Below, one piece after another: positions 15,667-30,094 of a stretch of 42,863 bases of DNA. The stretch's first letter is position 1; each line of letters begins with the position of its first letter. Origin of the DNA: Ministeria vibrans ATCC 50519 (taxonomy: Eukaryota > Protista > Filasterea); contig CALSCP010001768.1 of the NCBI GenBank assembly GCA_943704425.1, positions 21,753-64,615 on the forward strand. The letters run 5' to 3'. The notes below the pieces were generated by a model that made no database searches, was not told the DNA's origin, and was given only the letters and a program-made list of their open reading frames with translations. A program made the position numbers and the translations under genes.

Positions 15667-16039
15667 CGCAAACACAAGAATGTAAGTTGAAAATAAGTTG
15701 TTCTGATAACAGATAATCTGATAATTCTGATTCTACTTTCTTCACTTTCTTGAACTTTCCTCTTTCATTTATACACACACATTTATTTATTTCCTTGCTC
15801 GCTTGATGCAGCGCCTCTCTGTCTATGACAACGCGGCGATTGTTGCGTGGTGTCCATCGCATGCTGCGGTTGTTTTGAGCACTGTGAACCGAGAGTGACG
15901 TGAGGTTGTTGTTGAAAATGGCTTTCTCACTCTTCTGCACACACCCGTTGACGCGGACGACGGGAACGCGTCTGCCGTTGCCCTGGAAATTCCTTTGCGT
16001 TTGCGCCCGTGTCCGCGCAAATGACGCGGTACTCGACAG

Positions 16040-17137
16040 ATGTCTTCGGAGCGTGTGCGAACTTTGTTAAACATTGCTGCGCGTTTGGCTCTCTTTCGCC
16101 TTGTGTCGGTGCTTGTACAATGCACGGACGTTGATGTGTTCACGGCTGACATTGATGCGGCATTGGAGTGTGTCTGCCGAGCGGGTCTTTGTGATGCTGC
16201 GCGCCTCATGCTTTCACAAGCGAAGTGGCTAGATACGAACGCTACGCGTGCGCTCCGAGGCGGGTCATTTTGGCGTCGTCGAGCTGCTTGCTTTTGCTCT
16301 CATCGCATGCACGAGTAGGATTGGATTTCCTTGAAATACGCAAGTTATTTTACTTTGCTTGCAAGAATGGTCACGCTGAGGTGGTGCGGTTGTTGTTGGC
16401 GGATGGTCGCGTCGACCCGGCAGCAAGAGACAATTCTGCCATTCGCCATGCCAGCAAGAATGGACACTCTGAGGTGGTGCGGCTGTTGTTACAAGATAGT
16501 CGAGTGAACCCAGCTGGGGGTGACGGGAGTAGAGCCATCGTGAAGCTGCACCCGCGCGTCGCTCGACCTCTGCTCCAAGATGGTGGTTCAACAAAGTCAT
16601 TGGCTGTATCCTTGCTATGGGCCATTTACGCTGGCATACCCAGTGTATGCATTATTCGAATGCTACTGAAAGATGGCCATGTGGACCCAACGTCGCAAAG
16701 CCATTTTTATCCGCTTTGCAATCCTTCTCAATCGCCCCAGCGCCGTTCAAATTCTGCTCAAGGACCCTCGGGTCGATCCAACATATGGGCTCCGATTCCT
16801 CGAGTCTGTGCAGAAGTGGCGCGAGTCCTACTGGCGTTCCGTCGTCTTCTCGCGACTCAACTATTCTTTGTTAAAGGAGAGTCGCGGGGAAAGGGAAAGA
16901 GCCTGCCTGGGAAGAGATGCGCGCGCTCACCTTGGGGCCTCAAGAAGTCCGATCCAGCTGGTTTCGCAAGAAATATGTCAAGGTTGGGCGCACATGGTGC
17001 AACTGGTGATGTCGGACAGTGCTTTTGGCGAAGTTGAAGCTCTTCGCGACGGAGATAACCAAGGTCATGAGAATTGTACCATGGCGTCGTATAGGCGAAG
17101 GACAATGAATATTTATAAATCTCATTTCAAATTTTGA
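16040..17137 (+). pseudogene. frameshifted ankyrin-repeat gene (DxRVDP-type repeats)
   Basis: Ankyrin motifs are spread over three frames: CRAGLCDAARLML; SEAGHFGVVELL; ACKNGHAEVVRLLLADGRVDPAARDNSAIRHASKNGHSEVVRLLLQDSRVNP; IRFAILLNRPSAVQILLKDPRVDP. No intron signals at the frame switches (~16240, ~16290, ~16705). Confidence 0.7.
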
Positions 17138-17186
17138 ATGTTGAATGTATACATTTACTTTGAGCGACTGTATGAATTAATTTCTC

Positions 17187-20004
17187 TCAATCACCCTTGG
17201 CAAGCCGCGCACTCAGCTTTGTGGGTCGAGGCTTTGACCTTTGCTCGCGGATGCGCTGCGCCCGTTCCTCACGCGCCCGAGCCCGCTCATCGGCAGTCGT
17301 GGACGGCACAGCCTTCCTTTTGTCGCTGCTGCCATCATCATCGACATTGTCGTCGTCGCTGCCATCGTCGTCCCAACCGCTGGCAATCTTCACCTTGGGA
17401 GCGGGTGTAGTAGTGGAGGTAGCAGCGGCTGTGGCTGCTTTTGCAGGCCCCGTATTCGTTGCTGCGACGGCCCACCCGTCATCGTCATCATCATCCCATC
17501 CAGACACCACCGCAAGAGGCACGGAAGAAGTCGTAGCAATTGTAGCCGCGGCTGGTGTAGCAGTCGTCGTGCCAGTGCTGGTTGGGAGAGTCGCAGTGGG
17601 AACGACTTTTGCAGCCAGTGGCTTGCCCCACACGTCCTCGTCAAAGAAGTCGGGCTCGGCCTTCTTTGCAGCGGGTTTGGGTCGAGAGGAGAGCTTCAAA
17701 GCCGACGACGACGACGACAACGACGACAACGACGATGTTGGTGGTGCTCGTGCTGAAGTCGGTGCACGTGTAGCGGTGACGCTGTTCCAGTTGATTGTCT
17801 TTGGTGCATCCACGGTGTCTGCAGCACAGTCGGCGCGTCAGAGAAACAATGTGCACTTTGTGCAATTTTACTTACTCCATCCGTCGTCGTCGTCGTCGTC
17901 GCCCCATCCACCCCCTCCCACAATGGTTGGTGGTACATCAACGGCAAATGCACGTTCAGCTGCGTCGTGCTACAAAAGAAAACAGCCCAATTTTGTAAAA
18001 TGTTAGTAACAACGTCTCATGTTTTTCATCGCTTCATACCCAGAAATCTTCATCTTCTTCGGGCTCTTCGGTCTTCTGAGACGATCCGTCGTCGTGAACT
18101 ACCCCCTGTTGTTGTGGCGCACCATGTGTCTCTTGCTCGTCCGCGTTGTGGTTGACGCCCGTCTCGGCGGTGCGCTTGAACTTTTGTGCAAGAGAGCCCG
18201 CCAACGTAGTGATGTTGCCCGTGGCCCATCCGCCCCACCCGCTAGTGCCTGTTGATGCACCACCGCTGACTACGGTGCTACCATTCTCGTGGGCTGCTGG
18301 TGCGCCTATAGCAGCTGCATTTGCTGCGTTAGCGGCGGTCCGTTCGCTCAGAAGCTTGTCACACTGCTCGACGAGCACGCGCAGGCAAGAGAGTGCGGGT
18401 ACGCTGACGGCACTTGATGGGTCAAGCAAGAGCGCTGACACAGCGGGAAGGAGACGCTGAGCAATCTCCTCGAGTGGATACATGGCGTGGGTGGCTGAAA
18501 CAGCAAGCAGTGCGGCGGCGCGAGCGTGTTCAAAAGGGTCGCGGAAGGCGCGCTGGAAGGCAGATGCAAGGACTTTGCGCTGAAGAGACTCAGAGAGGAA
18601 ACCGGCGATTTTGCCGAGACACACGGTGGTGTTGGTGCGAATGGCCGGTTCGCGGTCCATTTGAAGACGGGAAAAGTGGCACAGAACGTGTTGAGTGAAA
18701 GTGCGCTCGGAGAGAAAGGGCGCAAGCACCAATAGGCTTTTAACCGTTGCTTCACGCAGGGCAGGCGCGGCATCCTCAAACCCATTGACAAGCGCTGGGA
18801 AGATGGTCGTGTCGACGAGGAGAGGTGACAGTTGCGGCGCAATGGTAGGCAGCATGGCAAGTATTTGCATGCGCACGGCGCGGTCGGGTAGCTCGCATAG
18901 ACGCACGATGCTTGGGGCAACACGACTGGCAAACAGCTCGGGCGAGAGCGACGAGCCAATGTGCACAAGTGACGGGAGTGCGTGAACGCCGACCCCGTCA
19001 AACTCAATGCAATCGACAATTTTGCGCAGAACGCTGTTGGCACATGCAGATGCGGGAAGTGCTGCAAGATGTTGAGGGAGTTGTTTGAAGAAGGCCTCGC
19101 GAGCGAGGGGCTCCTTCAGCGTGACCTCGTCGAGGAACTGTTGCACCGCGACAAAGGGACTGGTGGCAAAGAAGCCATGGCCGGGGGCGCTGCAGGCTTC
19201 CATGAAGGCGGTGACAGGGGCACGACGCAGCGGATCTGACGACGAAATTAGGGTTTGTGCCTTGGCGAGAGCCGCGGGCATGCATGTGCCATTGTAGAGC
19301 TGACGAATGAGCGAGGCGAGACCGCCGGCGTCGACGCCTCGGTCACTTTCACTTGTGTCGCTGCGCACGCGCGCAAACCCGCCGAGTTTCCAGTCGCCTG
19401 AGTCGCACATGACGTACACTGTGGCCATACCAATGTCGCCGTGCACAAGGTGGGCGTTGGCATTGAGGAAGACAAGTCCTCTGCAAATTTGCATGAGACC
19501 CCACACGATTGCGTGGCTCGCATCGCTGGCAGTCAGTGTTGCGAGATGGTCCGCAAGCGGCACGACGGGAGGCGTCACAATCTGGACGGCAGACGGGCTG
19601 TCAAGGGTTTCAAGGACTGGCACGAGGTCGGGGTGGCGCAGCGTCTTCCAGCGCACCAGCGTCCGGCGCGCCACAGCCCACTCGGCGTCGCCCATGCCCT
19701 GCGCCTCTTTCGTCAGCGAGAACACCGACACGCGGTTCGACGCTGCCCCCGAGTCTTTCCCTGGGTTCTGGTGGTTGCTGCTGTTGGCTGCTGCCGCCGC
19801 CGCCGCCGCAGCAGCAGCAGCAGCAGCAGCAGCAGACGAAACCATTGAGGTCGAAGGCACTGACTGTGTCGAAGTTCCCGAACGCAAATCAAACAGGCCG
19901 TTTCCATGTTCGCCGCGTGGTGTACACACCTCGCCAACACGTGCATTGAGCGACTCGCTTCCGCCACTGGCCTGACCAACAAGCGAGCCGATGAGCTTAA
20001 ACAT
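17187..20004 (-). CDS. SCYL1: SCY1-like pseudokinase with HEAT repeats (SCYL1/Cex1), 3 exons
   Basis: VSVF, WKTLRHP, WGLMQI..GL.FL, LVHGDI, GDWKLGGF, DRAVRMQIL, GFEDAAPALREATVKS, AIRTNTTVCLGKIA, RAFRDPFEHARAA. The C-terminus has GW-D repeats and ends KLSARLAKGD. Two 3' introns splice in frame. Confidence 0.9.
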
Positions 20005-20113
20005 GTTTGACTATATAAAAAATGAATGTGTTTCAATTCATGATTGTAATTAATATCTGATTTTCGATTTTTAAAAAAAAAACCATTAATAATTTCGTTC
20101 GATTCAACTTACA

Positions 20114-23046
<2,933 letters not shown>

Positions 23047-23104
23047 ATACACCGCGACTTTGTGTCTTTCACCGTTTTAGAGTACACATGTGTACATTGT
23101 TTGT

Positions 23105-24253
23105 TCAGCAGCGACGCGTGCGCCGCCGGAGGTAGAGACCGACAAAGAGGGCGGCGATAAGAAAGAGAAAAAGTGATGACGATGAGGAGGAGGCGCTGCG
23201 GGCAACGGTACGGCCGGATGAGGGTGAAGGATCGTGTGTGAGGCAATTTGCTATGAATTCGGGTCGCGGTGGATGAGTACAGGCAAAGACAGAGACAGCG
23301 TGTGCCATGGAGGGAGGACGCGCAGAATCTGTCTTAGCGACCAGTGCATCAAAGTCAATGTTGTCAACACGCAACACTTTGCGCTCTTGGGCGTCGTCTG
23401 GTGTTGACGACTTCTCCGTGCCGAGGACAGTGACACGGACACGAAATGCGAGAGTGGCCGCACAGAAGCGCACAAGCTCTTCTTCAGAGCGCGCCCCGTC
23501 ATGATACCATTCTGCGACGTACCCTGAACACAGACATCCAACCTCAGTATTTTTCGTTTCTTTTGATCTCGTGCACGTGTGTTTGTTGTACCTGTGTCGC
23601 CTTGGCGCTTGGGCATTTCGAAGAAGGTCTACACACACAGACAAGACATCAGTTGCCGTTCTTTCATGAACGTATCGCAGCTGATTACCACGCGCGAGTG
23701 CTGGAATATGCCGCCCACGTAGGTGCAGAAGGTCACGAGGGTGTTCTTGAAGGGAAACCAGTGGATGATGCTGAGGAGGAAGGTGATGTCGAAGAAGTCG
23801 TGGGCATCGCGCAACGCCGCAAAGGATGCCTCGCTCATGGTGGCCACACACACAAAGTCGTTGGCTTCGAGACCCAGTTCCTGTGTGTGCCGTCGGTGTG
23901 GGTCGGTGTGGACCGGGTCGGAGTCGACAGCAAGCGCGCAGGTGTGCGGATGCTGCGCGCGCAGTTTCAAAATGGTGTTCATGGTGAAAAAGCCCTCGTT
24001 GGAGCCCACATCAAGGATGCGTAGGGCGCTCGAGGGCGGTGGAGGGTTCTGTGTTGGTGCGTGTATGCGTGAGTGGGTGTGGGTGGTGCGCGGGAGTCGG
24101 TACTTGTTCAAGCGAGGGACCGATCAAACTCCAGCGTGCCTTCTTGGCTCCCTGGTACGGGAGCCAGGTGATTTCGTCGATTGAGGAGAGGCCGTTTGTG
24201 CATAGCGGTGTGTTTAATATGTGTAGGGTGAGTAGTAGTAGTTGGGGAAGCAT
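23105..24253 (-). CDS. class I SAM-dependent methyltransferase-like protein with N-terminal signal peptide and C-terminal TM helix, 4 exons
   Basis: Exon 1 (24253-24104) begins MLPQLLLLTLHIL. Exon 2 from 24048 has LRILDVGSNEGFF (motif I), ALAVDSD and FDITFLLSIIHW. Later exons give TFFEMP...GYVAEWY...LFLFLIAALFVGLYLRRRTRRC*. All three GT-AG junctions keep frame. Confidence 0.7.
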
Positions 24254-24449
24254 ATTAATTCAAGAATAATAAATTATAAATTATATTGAATACGAGGCGT
24301 AAATAAAATACGACGAGAGGAACACATAATAACATTATAATAATATTATTATATGAGTGATATATGAAGTGAAAAGTTTACTCAAGTCTTAAGAGACAAC
24401 TAGATCATAGTGATCATATCGTTTTGAGACTTGATATTCTGTCTTGAGT

Positions 24450-27250
24450 ACGGCAGTGCGACAAGTGACCGTAATTTTGATAAATTTCCAGTGGCTGATA
24501 AGCCAGCACCACCAAGCAAGGATTATCTTCGGATTATCAGCTGGCATACAACACTGATATCAATAGCAGCATTGCTGGCTGAGATCTATGAGAGACCCAC
24601 GACACTCATGGCCATCCCTCTCACCCGGCAATCCGCACTCGGGCTTTTCGGCAAGAGTTCTTTTATGAATCCCTCTGGAAAATGTACACACAAACATCAC
24701 CTCTCCTCGTGGGATCCTCGTGTGGAACCGGACAATAGTCAATACTGACTACCATGGATGGACGTCGCGATGTGCCGCGATGCGTTGTGGTACTCTCTCG
24801 GACACACATATATACACTCCCTCTCAGTTGTTGTCGCTAATAGGAGCATATTTCCGCTCTTTTTGGTTTGAATCTTCTGGTACCACTCTTGAGCACTCCT
24901 TAGTCATCTTCAAAATCCCGGTGTTGTCATCTGCCGTCGTCGTGTCGTGCCTCTTTCTTGCGTCCGTCTCCTTTCACTTGAGTAGTCCCAACCCTGCTCG
25001 CGCTGCAACCCGCCTTCCTTCTTGGGTTTCCTTCTTGCAAACCGAACACCCTTACACAGTTGCGCAAACAACCACTCCTCGTCTCCATCCCTCAACATCT
25101 CTCCTTGTCATCTCGGTGTCTTCCATTTGTCCATTATCGTCTTCTGGGTTCGCTGTATATGCACAGTTTTTTAATTAAACTTTCAGGTGACTTTCAATAT
25201 TGATTTTTATAGAATGTTCAAGTTTGTTACAAATCGACAGAAGACTCTCAGACTCTTTCTTTCCTTCCTTTCTTTCCCTTTATTCTTTTTTGCCTTTTCC
25301 TTCTTCCCTTTTTCTTCTCCCTTTGATGAGGCGTTTTCAGCTGCTCAGCGGTTTACTTGCTTGGGTGAATGGCTCTGCACGCAAGTCTCTCGGAATGTCC
25401 GCTTCGGCTCGTGTGGAGGTGAAGCAGTCGCTTCGGATGGTGAGATTGACTTGTACAATGAAGATTTTCCCCCTAGGACTTCCAAAAATATATACTCCGT
25501 AATATATATATTCCATATATATAATACTGACTGAGAAGACACAGGGCGCTCATCACTTTCACTCTCTACCTCCTCCAGGCTCAAGGGCGGCACTAAGGCA
25601 AGCCCCTGTGACGNNNNNNNNNNNNNNNNNNNNNNNNNNNNNNNNNNNNNNNNNNNNNNNNNNNNNNNNNNNNNNNNNNNNNNNNNNNNNNNNNNNNNNN
25701 NNNNNNNNNNNNNNNNNNNNNNNNNNNNNNNNNNNNNNNNNNNNNNNNNNNNNNNNNNNNNNNNNNNNNNNNNNNNNNNNNNNNNNNNNNNNNNNNNNNN
25801 NNNNNNNNNNNNNNNNNNNNNNNNNNNNNNNNNNNNNNNNNNNNNNNNNNNNNNNNNNNNNNNNNNNNNNNNNNNNNNNNNNNNNNNNNNNNNNNNNNNN
25901 NNNNNNNNNNNNNNNNNNNNNNNNNNNNNNNNNNNNNNNNNNNNNNNNNNNNNNNNNNNNNNNNNNNNNNNNNNNNNNNNNNNNNNNNNNNNNNNNNNNN
26001 NNNNNNNNNNNNNNNNNNNNNNNNNNNNNNNNNNNNNNNNNNNNNNNNNNNNNNNNNNNNNNNNNNNNNNNNNNNNNNNNNNNNNNNNNNNNNNNNNNNN
26101 NNNNNNNNNNNNNNNNNNNNNNNNNNNNNNNNNNNNNNNNNNNNNNNNNNNNNNNNNNNNNNNNNNNNNNNNNNNNNNNNNNNNNNNNNNNNNNNNNNNN
26201 NNNNNNNNNNNNNNNNNNNNNNNNNNNNNNNNNNNNNNNNNNNNNNNNNNNNNNNNNNNNNNNNNNNNNNNNNNNNNNNNNNNNNNNNNNNNNNNNNNNN
26301 NNNNNNNNNNNNNNNNNNNNNNNNNNNNNNNNNNNNNNNNNNNNNNNNNNNNNNNNNNNNNNNNNNNNNNNNNNNNNNNNNNNNNNNNNNNNNNNNNNNN
26401 NNNNNNNNNNNNNNNNNNNNNNNNNNNNNNNNNNNNNNNNNNNNNNNNNNNNNNNGACTTCCAAAAAAAAAAAAAAAACTCTCTACCTCCTCCGTTGGGG
26501 TCAGTAAGAAATCCGAGAAGATATCTAAAATGATCGTGTACGCCTCAGGTGGTTTTTTCTCTCTACTGTCTTTCTCTCACTCTTGCGTCACATCTTCTCA
26601 TGTGAAACACAGTTTTTCCGCGCACCAACAGAGCCCCCGATCGTTGCAGCCTGCTCCTGTTTTTATTCCTGCTTTCTATCCCACTTCCTTCTCTGCTTTC
26701 CCTTTTCGTGTGAAAAATAAGTAGGACTTTCAAAAAAAAACTTCCAAAAAAAGTGTCTTCCACCTGTCCATTATCTTCTTCTGGGTCCGCTGTTCACAAA
26801 CTTCGAGAGCTACTCCCGCTTCGCGTTGCGTGTACCCTGTCTGTGTCTTCATCCATACCTGTTTTTTGTTTTTTCGGAAGTCCTAGCGCAAAAGCTTCAT
26901 TATACAAGACAATTTAGCCATCCGAAGCGGCTGCTTCACCCCCGCATGGGCCGAAGCGGACATTCCGAGAGACTTGCAGGCAAAGGCATTCACCCAAGCA
27001 AGTAAACCGCTTAGCAGCTGAAAACGCCTCATGATTTTAAACTTAATACCAGTCGGTCTGCACATAACCTATCGCTCTCATGCATGCCCTTCTCATCCTC
27101 AACAAAAAACATCTTGCAACTTTATTAAACGGAACATTTTTGTACCCTTTACCTGTTCACCAGCTCGTCTTTTCAAAAGTCGATCCGACCGCGGTCTCTT
27201 TATTTTGTTATTATCACTTTTTACGAAAAAGTTCGTGTCAATTTAATTAA
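24450..27250. mobile_element. degenerate repeat patch (possible mobile-element remnants) spanning an assembly gap
   Basis: No intact gene. Contains an ~160-bp inverted pair (25326-25488 vs 26871-27032), a direct repeat (~25115-25155 vs ~26753-26793) and repeated short motifs (taggacttccaaaa; actctctacctcctcc). No transposase or RT motif recognised. Confidence 0.4.
25614..26455. other. assembly gap (842 N)
   Basis: Run of N. A second 8-N gap lies at 39365-39372 inside SMG5. Confidence 1.
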
Positions 27251-27734
27251 GCCGTATATTTGCCTAACTTTGTTTAGAATTTTCGCGTGACATCACGAAC
27301 TCACAAATTAGAGGTACAGAAACACAACATTATGTGAAATGTAATACTTTATTCCGGTCACAGGACATTGTACATACGGCGAAAGTTTAACCAAAGTTTG
27401 CACAATCCGTGACAAGGTTCTGTTCTCAGGTCTTGCGGTCGATCTGCGCATCACTCATCCTCATCATCTTGTAGCCTAAGTTTCAAGAGACATGAGAGTT
27501 GCTATCACTCAACAGTAAAATGAGTTTTTTTTTGTAAATGGCTGGGCCCGTCTTACTTTAACACCGGATCGTACCTGCGAACAAAAAGGTGTACTCGTTG
27601 TTAACACTCTTAAACATCATACACAACAAAAAGAACACAATACAAATTCAGAATACGAAGTAGTGTAAAACAAAAAATGACCGTGTGATAGAATCTTATT
27701 TAACTTGCAAAATTATCAAGAGAGCATGTATGTT

Positions 27735-30094
27735 CTACAAAAGAATCGCATCCACAACCTCCCCCTGCTCAATATGAAGCTTGTCATCGGTGCGAGGGGG
27801 CAACACGAGAAGGGCATCGGCAGAGCGGTTTGACAGCAACCGTGAACTACACACAGCCATTTAAATGATAAGCGAGTGCTCGATTATTGGCATAGAGCAA
27901 TTATGTTTTACCTGCACTGAGAGCCCGTCGAATGGGCAGTGTACTGGCACGTTCCACGGTCATATGTCAGCGTGACTCGATGATACTCAGGTCGAGGGTC
28001 GAGTCGAATGCGCGCACTAGTCTAAACACAATGCAATACACATCATTGTTAATGCGTTCTTCCACAATAATAATAATAATAATAAGAAGAAGAAGAATAA
28101 TAATAATAATAACAATAATACATATTACGATTATGCTGTACCTTCACACCAATGACCTTGTGCTCATGTGACTTTCCCGCCATCTTGTACAAAGCCGGCA
28201 GCACATGAAGCACGAATGTGACATGAGCACTCACAGGGTTTCCTGTGCAACCTCGTTAAACAAACCGGAGAAAAAAAAAACACAAAAAAACAACGTACAC
28301 ACGAAAAACACATACCTGGAAGCCCGAAAAAGAGAAGGGAGCGGCCATTGTAGTCGATTGTGGCAAAAGTAGTGGGTTTTCCGGGTTTCATGAAGACCCG
28401 TGCAAAGTGGAGGGTGGCAGGAGCACCGGGGAGGGCGGCGAGGGCTGGGCGAAGAAGGTCAAGCTCGCCCATGGAGACTCCGCCAGAGGTGAGGATCACG
28501 TCGGAGTTGGGCAACAGCGACGTCAGATGCGACACGAGCGAGGCAAGGTCATCCGAGGCAATACCGGCATCGTGAGGCTGTGCCGAGTGAGACTGTGCAA
28601 GCGACGCCAGCAGCGTCGAGCGGTTTGCATCGCGAATATGTGAGGGCGGCAGAGGACTTGGGTGTGACGGCTCCACCAGCTCATTGCCTGTGCTGAGAAC
28701 GGACACGCGTGGAAGCGGGTAAACCAGAACGGAAGTGACGCCAACGGTAGCGAGAAGGCCGAGTTCGGCAGGGAGCAAGAGAGTGCCCTTGGCGAGCACC
28801 CGTTCGTCGAGGGCAATGTCGCTGCCCACGGCACGCACATCATGGCCAGCACACGGGGCCGCCGTGACAACGCGCACACGCAGCTCCACTCGACCATCCT
28901 CACTGCTCTCCAACAAAACAGTGTCTTCAACCTGAACAACGGCATCGGCTCCCGGTGGCAGAGGCGCCCCTGTGCTGATTCGGGCGACCTGCCTTGGACG
29001 CAACGGCGCGGCACACTCAGAGGGATCAGCGCCTGCCGTGAGCGCAACTGACACCACGTCAAAGTCACCGACGCCATCGGCAGCAATGACAGCATAACCA
29101 TCTTTGACAGACGCGGCAAAGGGCGGAACGGGACTTGCAGCGTGTACGTCCTCGGCGAGTGTGTGGTGGAGTGCATCGCCGAAGGGCATGGTGACGGGCG
29201 TAAGGGCCGCTGCATGCGACAAAACTGTCGACGTCGCCTCGCTCATGGGTATCATAGGGTAAGGAGAGGTTCGCGGACGTCGACTCACAGGAGTGTCGCC
29301 CGACGAAAGCTGCAGGGGCGTCCGGGCGTTGTTTTCCTGGTGGTGGTGGTGGTGGTGGTGAGAGCAAACATGCGTGTGTGGCTGTGAAGTGGACGTGGTC
29401 TCGTCTGCCTGTTGTTGCATTGTCGCGTGGACCTTTGCAACACGTTTTTGTTGTTCGCCGCGGATGAGATCAAGAGCGTGAGGAAGAACCGGGAGAAGAA
29501 ACGACAGGCACTCGCAGGCAGCCTTGGGCGAGCCTGGCACATTCACAATGAGAGTCTGCTTGCGCACACCACAAACCGCCCGCGACAAGGCCGCCATCGG
29601 AGTGACTTCAAGTGACTTCACCAGCATCAGCTGCGACAAAGACTCGGCCAGGCGATCCACTACTTGACGCGTAGCCTACGACACAAACACGACACATCAT
29701 CCCACAACGCCCCTTTCCAAGTGGGGCTCTGCTACCTCGGGAGTCACGTCTCGCTGGGCAAACCCCGTGCCACCCGTGGTCACCACCAAGTGGGCACCGT
29801 CCTCGTCGGCATACCGTCTAAGGCGCGCCGCAATTGTGTCGATCTCGTCGGCACAAAGATCGCGACTCACTGATAAACAAATTCGAGTCTGGTCAGCGAC
29901 CAACACTGCTGCACACTGTCCGTACCGCGGGTAACGCCAATGGGACTCTCCCTCAGAGCCTTCTCCAGCGCAGGCCCACTGCGATCCTCCGCCGTTCCGG
30001 CGAAACACCGATCGCTCACTGAAACGTCAACAGTGAGCAGACGACTCACACACATCAACATTCGCATCTCACCTGTCAACACACAAGCAATCAT
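27735..30094 (-). CDS. GPHN: gephyrin / molybdenum cofactor insertase (MogA G-domain + MoeA E-domain), ~7 exons
   Basis: MIACVLTVSDRCF..AEDRSGP, ADEID, VVTTGGTGFAQRDVTPEAT, ALSRAVCGVR, NVPGSPKA. Then SPYPMI, PPFAASVKDGYAV, ISTGAPLPPGADAVVQVEDT, STGNEL, IRDANR, TSGGVSMGELD, MKPGKPTTFA, GLPGNPVSA, LDPRPEYHR, STGSQCSSRLLS, stop at 27735. Confidence 0.93.

Noticed and set aside
18900-19800. Missing catalytic motifs in the SCYL1 kinase domain
   Set aside because: SCY1-family proteins are established pseudokinases, so this is not novel.
25559-26507. ~300-aa ORFs in the track
   Set aside because: Artefacts of the N gap.
27357-27470. SECIS element or C/D snoRNA (ATGATGA...CTGA)
   Set aside because: The hairpin lacks the AUGA/GA quartet, the C-to-D distance is only ~40 nt, and no selenoprotein-like ORF is present.
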